Below, piece after piece: positions 52,240 through 64,000 of a stretch of 64,000 nucleotides of DNA. A program made the translations under genes and the position numbers. The DNA comes from Felis catus (taxonomy: Eukaryota), in contig NC_058368.1 of assembly GCF_018350175.1 (NCBI RefSeq), forward strand, positions 77,998,001-78,062,000, read 5' to 3'. The notes under the pieces are model-generated. The model saw only the letters and a list, made by a program, of their open reading frames with translations, searched no databases and was not told the DNA's origin. Position 1 is the first letter of the stretch. Each line of letters starts with the position of its first letter.

Positions 52240-52431
52240 TTTTTTTAATGTTAATTTTTATTTTTTTTTTGGGGGGGGGGAGCAGAGAGAGAGAGGGAAA
52301 GAGAGAATTCCAAGCAGGCTCCATGCTAAGCGTGGAGCCTGCCTTGAGGCTTGATCTCACAACCGTGAGATTAGGACCTGAGCTGAAATCAAGAATCAGA
52401 TGCTTAACCGACTGAGCCACCCAGGCACTCC
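52240..52431 (-). mobile_element. CanSINE, older, tandem pair
   Basis: Antisense copy ending gagccacccaggcactcc. Confidence 0.95.
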
Positions 52432-52445
52432 AAAACTCAGTAACC

Positions 52446-52651
52446 TTTTTGTAATATTCATTTATTTTTGAGAGAGAGACAGAGTGTGAGCAGCAGAGAG
52501 GCAGAGAGAGAGGGAGTCACAGAATCTGAAGCAGGCTCCAGGCTCTGAGCTGTCAGCACAGAACCTGATGTGGGGCTTGAACTCACAACCTGTGAGATCA
52601 TGAACTGAGCTGAAGTCAGATACTTAACCGACTGAGCCACCCAGGCGCCCC
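52446..52651 (-). mobile_element. CanSINE, tandem pair
   Basis: Antisense copy ending gagccacccaggcgcccc. Confidence 0.97.
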
Positions 52652-53509
52652 AAAATTTCTTAACTATGGACCTTACAGCATATGAGATTTACTTTCTTCA
52701 TTATTATGTGCAAGTTTCTATCCTCTTCATTTTATTCACTTTTTATAGGCGATGCATTAATTAGACAAACTGTCTAATGTGTCTAATGAAAAAATAGTAT
52801 CCTTGAGTATCTCAATTATGATGCAAACATACCGGATGGATATATGGCATATACAGTAGATCTGTGAAATAGACAGTACGTATATCTTAAAGCAAGTAAC
52901 TCTCTTTGCTGTAGGCAACCGAGAAGTATGGCTGAACTTAGACTATGTCTGTTTTGTGCTTTTCCATGACGACTCTTCCGTTTCTGAGATCCCCGCCTAT
53001 TTTGTTTGAAAGCCAAAATTAAAGAGGAAGTATCTGTTTGGAAGAGTCAAAGCATCACCTCCATCACTGGGAATGAATGCCCACATGAAGTGTGAGTAAG
53101 GGTCTTCAAGAGAAATGCCTTTCTTGGAGTAGGTTGGCATAAGTAATATTCTCTGTGGCTGGCATAATAATGAAAAGTTTTTCAAGCAGAGACTATTCCC
53201 TGAAGGACTGAGTACAGAGACTGTAGTAAAGCACTTGAAACCAGAGAAGACCAAACTCGATAACTATAGGACCTATGTCATTGTCCCAGCAAACAATGGA
53301 CTTTGTACCTAGCATTTCCAGACATTTTTATCAGTTAATTAAAAATAATACAAAGAATGTACACTCTGTGATAAACTGACAAAGAAACTCAAGAATAATC
53401 TCTTTCACCAACTGGCCCGCAAGGTACCAGCTTCAAGGTACTGCTCAGCATTCTCCTCCGGTGAAATAAATTTCTTGGAGTCTACCGAATGTCCCTGCTC
53501 TCTCCCCAC

Positions 53510-53668
53510 AGCCAGGGTTCCCTTGACTGAGTTAAGGGAGGATCTTGTTAAAATGCAGATTCAGATTCGGAATGCACGAGGTCTGGGGTGGGGCCCATGA
53601 CTCTGTTTCTAACAAGCTCCCCAGTCAGGTCTGTGTTGTTGATCTGTGGAACCCACTCTGGGCAGCAG
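53510..53668. mobile_element. MER5A/B-like hAT-Charlie relic
   Basis: cttgttaaaatgcagattc...aggtctggggtggggccc...tttctaacaagctcccc. Confidence 0.8.
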
Positions 53669-53744
53669 GGAATCTTCTGGGATGCTTCTCTCTGCCCTGT
53701 CCCACATACCCCCTTGCTGGCGTCAGGCTTCACCGACACATCAC

Positions 53745-53937
53745 CTACACCCCCTTCCTCTGAGCAGGCTTTCCAAAGCCTTACGTAGAACCCAGACATT
53801 CCTAAAGTAGCAGTTATCACACCACACTACAATTACCTATTTGCTCATCTGAGTCTTATTTGCCTTGTTATCCAGCACCTAAGAGGCGCCTAGCACATAG
53901 CAGGGTATCAGTACATATTTCTTCAACTAAGGAATGA
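53745..53937 (+). mobile_element. L2 3' end fragment
   Basis: ccagcacctaagaggcgcctagcacatagcaggg...catatttcttcaactaaggaatga. Confidence 0.6.
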
Positions 53938-54346
53938 CTTACTCTCCTAGTGTGCAATTCAAAACTGAACCTCAGTGGTAGTCTAAATGAAACCTACAGG
54001 TAATGGACAATCATAAGTGTCAAGGGTCTGCTAAAACAAAGGAGGGGAGGAGGTAAGCCTTCTCATTGATAGTATCGTCTCAAATCCCACACACCTGCAG
54101 CACAGAATATGGCCCATGCCATGTACTCGTATCATGGCAATGACCTTGGAAACTTGGAAGTGCAGAAGCTCAGGACCCAGGCTCCACATGTGAAGGACCA
54201 AAACATGCATGGTCTTTACTTTCTGCATAATTAAACCTGATGTGAACTAGTAAATAATGGACCTTCATACTCACTCTCTTCTTAGGAAATTTCTAAAGGA
54301 ACTTCTTTTTTGTAGGGTTCTAAAAACTGTTCATTAGAATAACCAT

Positions 54347-54545
54347 GGGGCATCTGGGTGGCTCAGTCAGCCCAGCATCCGACTTCAGCTCAGGTCATGA
54401 TCTCACAGTTCGAGTTCGAGCCCCACGTCGGGCTCTGTGCTGACAGCTCAGAGCCTGCCTGGGATGCTCTCTCTCCCTCTCTCTGTCCCTGTCCCACTCC
54501 CTCTTTCTCTCTTTTTCAAAATAAATAAACATTAAAAAAAAAGAA
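54347..54545 (+). mobile_element. CanSINE
   Basis: Head, body, aataaataaa and poly-A. Confidence 0.96.
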
Positions 54546-56779
54546 GAATTTAACATTCCCTCCTCTAATATTTATCACTGGAGAAAAGTGCAGTCTGTTG
54601 AGTAACAAGTTATAAACAGCTATAAATAAAATATAGATTTTTTTCTTGTACATCTAGGATATCAGTAACTTTGCAACATATTCTTATGAAATGACTGGAA
54701 TAAAACATGATAAAAAGCATGAATTTAAGCTGGAAAGCCAAGTCATTAATGCCAGAGGAGTTCTTTCTTTTTTTTTTTTTCAGGATGTTAATAAGAATTT
54801 GAAAATTCATTATTATGTAGGTCATTCTTAAAATATACTTCAGTGGGGTTTTAAGGAACAGAATGTCTTGCCTCTGGATTCAATCTTATTAAAGGAGCAT
54901 TCAACAATAACTACAACTAAATTCAATATTCAACAGTTCTCACTCAGACAAGTTCTTCATACTTCATCATTTCTTTGTTCGTCATAAGCCATTAAAATAC
55001 CTTCAGCCCTTCAATAAAGCAAATCATAACACAGTCATTATATGAATCATGCTTTGATTTGAGGAAATCCAGCCACTACTGATAGTTTGACAATGGAATG
55101 AATGTACTTTGAAATAAAGAGATGGGTTTGTTTAACTTTTTTTCTCTAATTCCAACAAGATTTTGACATGGTGATCCAGCACGACTTCACCTAAAAACCA
55201 CACAGAAAAAGACCGGAAGTGAGTTGTGCCTAATTTCCTCAAGCGTGTAGCACAAGCATGAGAATTCCTGGGAGTCACAGATTTCGTTACCCAACTTTTT
55301 TTTTTTACATTTATGAAATTAAAACTAGATTTTCTTCAAATGAATAATATCTCTTCAACGAATGTTTAGTGAACAGCACCAAGCGTAGTTTAAGGATGAA
55401 TAATGCAGTCCTGGAAGTAATTCTACAGAGCACATTAACTCTGAGTCAGTAATTATACACGGGAAAAAGAGAATATATACAGAGCTTAATAGTCACGTTC
55501 AGAATGTTCAGAGGACAGTTCCATTTATGGTCAGGGAAAACCCAGAAATATGTATTTTTTGATCCTTAACTTCACACCCTTTTATCACTTTGGCCTGACC
55601 CAAGTCCAGACAAATTCTGCTAATTCTGTTTTCTCCTTAAATACTGAGATGATGCTATTGGGTGGCATATGCTTGAAATCATTTTTAATATGGTAATGAG
55701 GTACTGCAGTAATCCATTCCAACTTCCTTAAACCACCAGAAGATCCAGGGCAAGCTGTGGAACAGAGCTCTCTGATGTCAAAGAACAGATGGCACTTGAG
55801 GTACGCAGGGCAGTAGTAAACTTGACTCTTACCCTGTCTGCCCAACAAACCACTTTCGTTGACTCCTCCAGGCAAACACATACCAGGTCCTCAATAAAAT
55901 CAGAACCAGAAATTAGAACATTATCTCCAAACTGTGTTTTCCATTGTCACTGAGCTAAGTAACCACCTTAATGAAGATCAAGGGCTAAAGACAAAAATGC
56001 AGCCCCCAGAAAAATATCTGGCACTCCAGAATTGGTAAAAAAGAAATAATTCTTCTAATACAGTCGGAGAGTTGAAGGGAGAGAGTTTCCAGGCCTCTGT
56101 TCATAAAAGCAGTTGCCCTAAAGTGCCTTCATGTTTATTTCAAATCCCACTGCTGAAACCTTTAATCTGAACTTAGTATTATGGGCAGCATTCCAGACAA
56201 ATGGGATTTATAAGGATGAATAAATAGGCATATGTGATTGCTGGTTAGGACTGAATGAGTCAATCTTTTTGTGAGAATTGTAAGTCACCACTTAGAAACC
56301 ACGGGTTCTAAAGATCCACCAATTTACACTAAAATAATTTTAGGAAACAGACTGTATTCTTCTAAAGCAATTATGTGATATTTGTTATTCCATAATTATA
56401 GCAAATACCTTAAATTTCAAGGAAATATTTCAAGGCAAATTTAGAATCTAGCTTCACACAGAAACAATTTTAGAAAAAATAAGAAGGCTGAAAAATGCCT
56501 ATTTTCAATTTCTTTAGTCAAAATACCATTTTCCCTATGCAGGATCATGCCTAATAAATCTTCTACTTACCTATGTTCCTAGAGTAAGACGTACTTATAT
56601 TTCACAATGCTGATGGTTTCCTCCATTTACAGTTAAACATTTATCAAATATTTCTTGATTTAGTAGCAACATAAAATAAAAACATACATTTATCTTGTCC
56701 AAGATGATGAAATAATATGTGACACTGTCTTTGACTATCTAAAGAATAATGTGTTTGAGGGACCTTTAAAAGTAATGGA

Positions 56780-57300
56780 CGTGCAAATGGTCTCTAAGGT
56801 GGCCCCATGATTTTCTGTTATGGTCTTTACATTCTTGCGGAGCCCCCACTGCATGTACTTCCAACAAACAGAATAGAGCAAAGAAGGATGTCATTTTGTG
56901 ATGACATTACATCCAATAGTAACATCTGTCTTGCTGAGACTCCTTTCCCCTTGTGGCTTTGAAAAAAGCAAGTTGACAAGTTGTGAGCTGTCTACAGAGG
57001 GTCACATGCCAGAGAACCACGGGCAGCATCCAGCCAATGGGCAGCAGGTACCTGAGGTCCGGTGCACAGTCTGCAAGGCACATAGTCTACGAACAACCAC
57101 GTGGGCTTCATCTGATCCTTTACTAGTAGAGTCTCAGATGAGACCCCAGCCTGGCCCACACCTTGATGTGTCCTCGCTGAGGACATATCTAAGTCATGTC
57201 CAGACTTCTGACCCACAGATATTGTGAGATAATAAACATGCAGAGTTTTAAATCTCTAAGTTTGCGGTAACTTGTTACATGGCAATAGGTAACTAATACA
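56780..57300 (+). mobile_element. MaLR solo LTR (MLT1E/F-like)
   Basis: cagatgagaccccagcc, tctgacccacaga...gtgagataataaa and terminal ttgttacatggcaataggtaactaataca. Confidence 0.88.
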
Positions 57301-57370
57301 AGCTATTAGTTATCTACTTTTTTTTTCTTTTTGCGAAGAAAGAAAAATAAACTCAATCTTCTTTACTTCT

Positions 57371-58954
57371 TTTTTTTTATGTGAAAATTATTGTCAAATT
57401 GGTTTCCATACAACACCCAGTGCTCATCCCAACAGGTGCCCTCCTCAATGCCCATCACCTACTTTCCCCACCCCCTACCCCCCATCAACCCTCAGTTTGT
57501 TCTCAGCATTTAAAAGTCTCTTATGGTTTGCCTCCTTCCCTCTCTGTAACTCTTTTTTCCCCCTTTCCCTCTCCCCTGGTCTTCTGTTGAGTTTCTCAGG
57601 ATCCACATAAGAGTGAAAACATATGGTATCTGTCTTTCTCTGCCTGACTTATTTCACTTAGCATCACACTCTCCACTTCCATCCACGTTGCTACAAATGG
57701 CCAGATTTCATTCTTTCTCACTGCCAAGTAGTATTCCATTGTGTATATAAACCACAATTTCTTTATCCATTCGTCAGCTGATGGACATTTAGGCTCTTTC
57801 CATAAATTGGCTACTGTTGAAAGTGCTGCTATAAACATTGGGGTACAAGTGCCCCTATGCATCAGCACTCCTGTATCCCTTGGGTAAATTCCCAGAACAC
57901 CTAGACAGAGAATAAATAAAGAAACAAGGGCTCTGAATGATATATTGGATCAGATGGACTTGACAGATATATTTAGAACTCTGCATCCCAAAGCGACAAA
58001 ATATACTTTCTTCTCAAGTGCACATGGAACATTCTCCAAGATTGTTCACATACTGGGTCACAAAACAGCCCTTCATGAGTATAAAAGAATTGAGATCATA
58101 CCATGCACACTTCCAGATCACAATGCTATGAAACTTGAAATCAACCACAGGAAAAAGTCTGAAAAACCTCCAAAAGCATGGAGTTTAAAGAACATCCTAC
58201 TAAAGAACGAATGAGTCAACCAGGCAATTATATATAAAATTATATATAAAATTTTAATATATACAGAAACAAATGAAAATGAAAATACAACAGTCTAAAT
58301 AAACACTTTGGGATGCAGCAAAGGCAGTCCTGAGAGGAAAATACATTGCAATCCAGGCCTATCTCAAGAAATAAGAAAAATCCCAAACACAAAATCTAAC
58401 AGCACACCTAAAGGAACTAGAAACAGAACAGCAAAGACACCACAAAGCCAGCAGAAGAAGAGAAATAAAGATCAGAGCAGAAATAAACAATATAGAATCT
58501 AAAAAAAACAGTAGAGAAGATCAATGAAACAAAGAGTTGTTTTTTTGAAAAAATAAACAAAATTGATAAACCTCTAGCAAGGTTTCTCAAAAAGAAAAGG
58601 GAGAGGGCCCAAATATATAAAATCATGAATGAAAATGGAATTCTTACAACCAATCCCTCAGAAATACAAGCAATTATCAGGGAACACTATGAAAAATTAT
58701 ATGCCAACAAACTGGACAACCTGGAAGAAATGGACAAATTCCTAAGCACCCACACACTTCCAAAACTCAAACGGGAAGAAATAGAAAATTTGAACAGACC
58801 CATAACCAGTGAATAAATTGAATCAGTTATCAAAAATCTCCCAACAAATAAGAGTCCAGGACCAGATGGCTTCCCAGGGGAATTCTACCAGACATTTAAA
58901 GTAGAGATAATACCTATCCCTCTCAAGCTGTTCCAAAAAATAGAAAGGGAAGGA
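57371..58954 (-). mobile_element. Felid L1, 5'-inverted with a large internal deletion
   Basis: Poly-T, 3'UTR and ORF2 end on the minus strand to ~57892, then ORF2 endonuclease-to-Z region on the plus strand; TSD aatct(t/g)ctttacttct at 57355-57370 and 58955-58970. Confidence 0.95.
57893..58954 (+). pseudogene. L1 ORF2p N-terminal fragment (endonuclease C-terminal half through Z domain), disrupted
   Basis: DQMDLTDIFRTLHPK...[33 protein letters not shown] and [13 protein letters not shown]; in-frame stops. Confidence 0.93.
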
Positions 58955-58999
58955 AATCTGCTTTACTTCTATCTACACTTTAAAAAGAAATCTAATCCA

Positions 59000-59216
59000 G
59001 GGGCACCTGGGTGGTTCAGACGGCTAAGCGTTCGACCTCGGCACAGGTCATGATCTCACAGTTCATGAGTTCGAGCCCCGCGTCGGGCTCTGTGCTGACA
59101 GCTCAGAGCCTGGAAGCTGCTTCAGATTCTGTGTGTCCCTCTCCCTCTGCCCTTCCCCCACTCATGCTCTGTCTCTTGCGCGCTCTCAAAAATAAATAAA
59201 CGTTAAATTTTTTTTA
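59000..59216 (+). mobile_element. CanSINE
   Basis: TSD aaaaagaaatctaat at 58982-58996 and 59217-59231. Confidence 0.97.
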
Positions 59217-59595
59217 AAAAAGAAATCTAATACATTATCTCATTTTTGGAATAACCCATGAAAACTGGAAACTACTCTTGAATAAAAAGTCTAGTAAGTC
59301 ATTCAGGAAACTAGTTGGTGCTTTTGTGACAATGGTTCACCTCTTCATATTCTACCTAATGGTTGGATGATGCCACTTGCTACTGATTATACCAGACCCA
59401 GTTTTCTTTTGTGATTCCTATGAATATTAGCCTTCAATGCTTCCCAAAACATTTCAGGTAAATTGAACATACAAATGCTGTTTACAATATTCCAAAGTTA
59501 TGGCTCAAGTGCAGGAGCAAAGATACTGTAATAGTGTAACAGGTACATGAAAATGCAACTACTTTCTCCTAAAGCATAGTAGAAACTCAGTTGTT

Positions 59596-59831
59596 GTTGT
59601 TGTTTTTAATGTTTATTTATATTTGAGAGAGAGAGAGAGAGAGAGAGCATGAGTGGGAGGGAGACAGAGAGAGATAGAGACAGAATCTGAAGCAGGCTCA
59701 GGCTCAGCAGAATCTGAGCAGAATCTGAGCTGTCAGCACAGAGACTGATGTGGGGCTCAAACTCATCAACTATAAGATCATGACCTCGGCTGAAACTGGA
59801 TGCTTAACCAACTGAGACACCGAGGTGCCCT
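59596..59831 (-). mobile_element. CanSINE with an internal gcagaatctga duplication
   Basis: TSD gaaactc(a/g)gttgtt at 59582-59595 and 59832-59845. Confidence 0.95.
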
Positions 59832-60494
59832 GAAACTCGGTTGTTAACAGAATCTCATGAAATCACCCACTTGTTATAAATGACAATAAATGATTTAATT
59901 TCAAGAGGATGCATTCATTATGGTTTCTTAATTTTAAAATATTAAAATACGAAGATTGCAACAGAATATTCCAAATAAGGCAGCCTTTAAAATTGCCTGT
60001 TTCAAAAACTGAACACCTACATTAATTTCCACTTTATTTGCCACATTATGGATACACAGTGGAACACTAGTAAAACCCAGTGATAAAAGTAAGAAACTGG
60101 TCTAGCTGGACGTCCCAGAGGATCTTGCTATATCTCTCCATGGCGCTGTTCCTATGTGCAGCCTCAAACGGTATCTTTTTGGTTATATTGTACACAACCC
60201 GCTCATGGGCATCGTTCCCTATCATACATCTCCTAATTCCTCAGATGATGAATTGGGCACAAGAGTCAATGTATGAATATCTGCAGCTAAATTAATTAAA
60301 TGAACTGGCAGGGAAAAATGTCACAGTAAGAGCTTCAAGAAACTAAGCAGCATTACCAACCAGAGAGGGAAAGAATTCAATAAAATACATGAGGCCATAT
60401 AGGTGGTTTGGGATTTCTTTCTTCAATTTTCATTGGTTTTACTCAGTGGAACCTCTCACACAATGAAGGATCATTCAACAAGTACTGAACACCG

Positions 60495-61047
60495 CTTAGT
60501 TTATTGCTAACAAACCACCGAAAATGTAGTTTAAAACAACCACTGTACTACGGTCTAAGATTCTGTGGATTCGAAAAGTTAAACTACATCAAAGGGGTAG
60601 GGTAACTTTTCTTTCCTCTAAAGAATCTGGTGCTTCGAGAAGATTTGAAGGGCTCAGGGTGATTTAAAGGGCTTGCATTGACTCATTTGGAGGCTTTACC
60701 CATGTGCCTGGACCTGGTCTAGGACAAGTCAAAATCTGGGTTCAACTGAGACTAAGAAAGCTTACCCTGGCCTCTCTATGTGCCCTGGGCATCCTTACAG
60801 TAGGGTGGTCTTGGGTTATGTGAACGTCTTCAATGCCAGCTCACACTTTCAAGAACACGTGTCTCAGCAGACAGGGCTCAAAATGCATGGCCATTTATCA
60901 GCTACCACGAAAGTCACAGAACATCACACATGCCCCAGTCTTTTGTACAAAACAGTCACAAGCATGCCTGGACCCAAAGAGTGGGCATGCACGAACCCTT
61001 AGATGGAGGGGTACTGAAGAATCTACAGCTGTTTCGTAACCATCACA
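60495..61047 (-). mobile_element. MaLR solo LTR (MLT1G/H-like)
   Basis: taacaaaccacc...tttaaaacaac, gattctgtgg, tggcctctctatgtg, gaagtcaca-like motif and terminal aaccatcaca. Confidence 0.7.
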
Positions 61048-61379
61048 ACCTCCCTTTTCTTCTTTTCTCTCTTCTTTACAAGTGATTAGACAAAAAAAAA
61101 AAAAAAAGGAATAAGACATAACTCCTAGCTTTAGGAGTTAGATTTTGATCTAACGGGAGAAACAAATGGGCGAGTATATACGTACAGAATTCATTTTGTA
61201 GATTTATCATGTAAACCATCCACATGTTGCTGGAAACTGTCCTCAAGCAACAAGTGATACCTGTTTTTCTTCCTTTTCAATAATCTGTAATATCTGAAAA
61301 TCAGGACTGCTTCTGTACCATAGCAGTGTGACAGAAAACAAGCAGAAAACCATTGTTAGAATAAACTTTAGTTACGGGT

Positions 61380-61500
61380 CTTCTGCCCTAGGCCTTTGCT
61401 TCCTCATCTACAAAATGGAAATAATTATCAGACCTACCTCAAAGAATTACATAAATTGGTCTGGCACCAACCCCAGGTGCATAATAATTGTCAATTATTA
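61380..61500 (+). mobile_element. MIR fragment
   Basis: gcctttgcttcctcatctacaaaatggaaataat...acctacctca. Confidence 0.75.
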
Positions 61501-63618
61501 TGATCTTAACAAAGAATAGAACTGCCCTCCGGCTTTGGGCATAACTCTGCTGCCTATCCATGAAATAAATTAAAATTAAAAAGCAACATTTAGTTAAATC
61601 ATTTATACTTACAAAGCAAGTATTTATATCAATTGCTTTATATCAATTATTTGCCCTTTACTTGGGTTACTGATTGATGTCAAACTTTCTTCAAATCAGA
61701 CGACAAAAGCAGTCACAGTACTGATTTGTGTTTGTTTCTATGTGAGTAATAGATTGCCACCGAAAGCCCACGAATGGCCACTAGGGGTTCAACTTCTTCC
61801 ATGTTTTATTTCTAACACTCGAGCTCATTTCATAATGCGAAATAATCAGAGCAATGTTTGGAAAGTGCTATTTTAAAACATCTGCCTACGAGTAATTTGA
61901 ATTTCGGGAACTATTTGAACTGTCTGGGTGTTTTCTCAGGTAATATAATAATTCTGCCGCTCTGAACATCCTGGTTAGGTATCTGAATAGGATCTCGCAA
62001 AAAAGAAAAACAACATCTATAGCTTTTATTTTCTGGTTGGATTAATGAAAAAGTTTCTATTAGGCTGTTAAACAGTCTCTCTTGCTTTTTTCTATGAAGT
62101 GGAATATTTTCTCTTTCAATCTCTTCCTGATTTTGGTGCACAGTATGATCAAGATACAGTGTCTTTCCAGTTCCTTAAAATTCATAAACTAATCAGCAGC
62201 ACCAAACAGTGACATACTTTTCTTAAGTCTCCTAAATTTGGGAAACAACACTGGATTTAAAAATTGCTTCTCTGGAAAGGTTCAGAGATGAATAGTTATT
62301 TCTCTCTTTAAGTGGCCAGATTAAGGAAACACGCATCCCCAGTGCAAGCTATGGAGTAATTACACTGCTGTTTATGATTTTTCAAACCCATAATTACCCA
62401 TAAAGAAGCATGTACAAATAAAATACTCTGTTTATAGTTCCCGTATAAAAAGCTCTGTTGTTCAGTAACAAAGATATCAAACACCATATTTTATAAAATT
62501 GGTATTTTATAATTACCTGACTTATAGCCTGCTGTATTTCAAGAAAAAAACCATGACATTTTCATAAGGCGGCTGTAGCGTGGTCCTAATGTCAAGGCTC
62601 TGGGTAAAATCTAATTTCCACCTGCAGGTTGAAAATGGGACCATATGAAAAAGAAAACTTGTTACCAAGATTGTTTTTCTCAGTAACACATTATGAGCAC
62701 TGCAGCTTCTGGATTAAGATATTGACATGCCTTTAATCTTGTTCTTCATTATGTGCATCTCGAAAAAGAAAAGCCAGTATTCTCCTGGGTGTTCTCTCAC
62801 ATTCCCTCCTTTCCTTATTTTAATAATCATCCTGTTTATATATAAATTTACTTTTTTTGCATGTCCATTTATGAGTCACACAGGATGACATTTCTGATTA
62901 TTTATTCTTTTTTTAACTAGGTGCACTGTGGGATATCTTTTATCTCAGTGTCTAAATTACTGCTGCCATATAATAATAGTGCTCAGACCATCCAACAACA
63001 GTTTGCGCTAAAGATCCCTTTTTAGAAAACAATATTCATTTGTCCCTACACAAATTTTTCCTATTTAGTACACAAAGATTTCATGACAAAATGCATTCCC
63101 AGAGGCAATGATTACAAATTAAATTATTAAAATGTTCCTTATGCAGCATCCTTTAACGCATCTGGTGACAATTACCATATCCTCTGCAAATAATCTCTGT
63201 GATCATTCTGAGAAAATGCATGCATTCTCTGCTGTGCAGACCTTTATTTGGCCCCTCTGATGTACCTACTCATTCTGCAACAAGAACGGGCACTTCTAGA
63301 GCCCTGAGCCATTAATCCGAGAGGTCACAGGAACTTGGTTAGACTACGCCTTGAGAGATTCTCCTTAACAAGTGACATGAAATGCATCAGATATTATCAT
63401 GGTGTTTTTAAAAATTTAGGCTAAGAATAGTTCAAAATTGCCCAGAATGGACACGGCACTACACAGGCAAACGTGTACTGTGGTAATTGGTCAGGGGTAG
63501 AAAATGGGAACTCTCAGATACCATGACATGTTTTCCTTGATCTGGTGGCACCATGAACTCAGCTACTTCATCTGGTCCTGTGTATTTCAAATGTCGGGCC
63601 ATTAAGATAAATTAGTAT

Positions 63619-63764
63619 AGCATCCAACTCTTGATCTAGGCTCAGGTCACGATCTCACAGTTCGCAAGATCGAGCCCCAAGTTGGGCTCTTTACTGTCAG
63701 CGCTGAGCCTGTTTGGGATTCTCTTCTCTTCTCTTCTCTTCTCTTCTCTTCTCTTCTCTTCTCT

Positions 63765-63812
<48 letters not shown>

Positions 63813-63865
63813 CCACGCCCCCCAATCTTGTGTTCTCTCTCTCAAAACAAACATTTTTTAAATAT
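63619..63865 (+). mobile_element. 5'-truncated CanSINE with (CTCTT)n and (CT)n expansion
   Basis: gcatccaactcttgatctaggctcaggtcacgatctc body; head missing. Confidence 0.92.
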
Positions 63866-64000
63866 AAATTAATATATTTGGATGAAGATATGTTTTTTCC
63901 CCTAAATCGTATCTATCACGAGTCACCTTTTCTGCAATTCATCTACCTTAGTCTTGACTCGGGGGGAAAAAAAGGAAATTGTTGAGTGCTGCATAGTGCC

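Noticed and set aside
61776..61792. CTCF-like tggccactaggggttc
   Set aside because: Lacks the conserved GGC at the 3' end of the core; not supportable without a PWM score or ChIP.
1..64000. Named host gene, processed pseudogene, proviral ERV coding sequence or NUMT
   Set aside because: No ORF or nucleotide stretch matched anything I recognise; only solo or fragmentary LTRs are present. Mapping to a felid assembly would settle the gene context.

Overview
Mammalian non-coding DNA from a cat-family (Felidae) genome, identified by 23 carnivore tRNA-derived SINEs (CanSINE/SINEC, including a young SINEC_Fc-type copy) and feline-type L1 3' ends. I cannot recognise any host protein-coding gene. The only ORFs with recognisable products are L1 ORF2 fragments; the long ORFs at 35.7-36.5 kb are microsatellite artefacts. 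Older repeats include L1M fragments, MIR, L2, L3/CR1, MaLR/ERVL LTRs and hAT-Charlie MERs. The best-supported oddities are two 5'-inverted (twin-primed) L1 insertions with intact target-site duplications (TSDs), one missing about 2 kb at the inversion point; a hairpin-containing duplication against one L1 TSD; a head-only 31-bp SINE insertion inside a 22-bp direct repeat; and serial SINE insertions at reused target sites. More speculative: a CpG-retaining segment at 7.4-8.1 kb with MYB/RFX/ETS/TATA motifs, and three short minus-strand ATG-to-GTAAG phase-0 exon candidates. With the + strand bias of the retroelements, these suggest the window may lie in the 5' introns of a large minus-strand gene. 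No new biological system can be demonstrated from this sequence alone. Repeat subfamily calls come from recalled consensus motifs, not from a database search.
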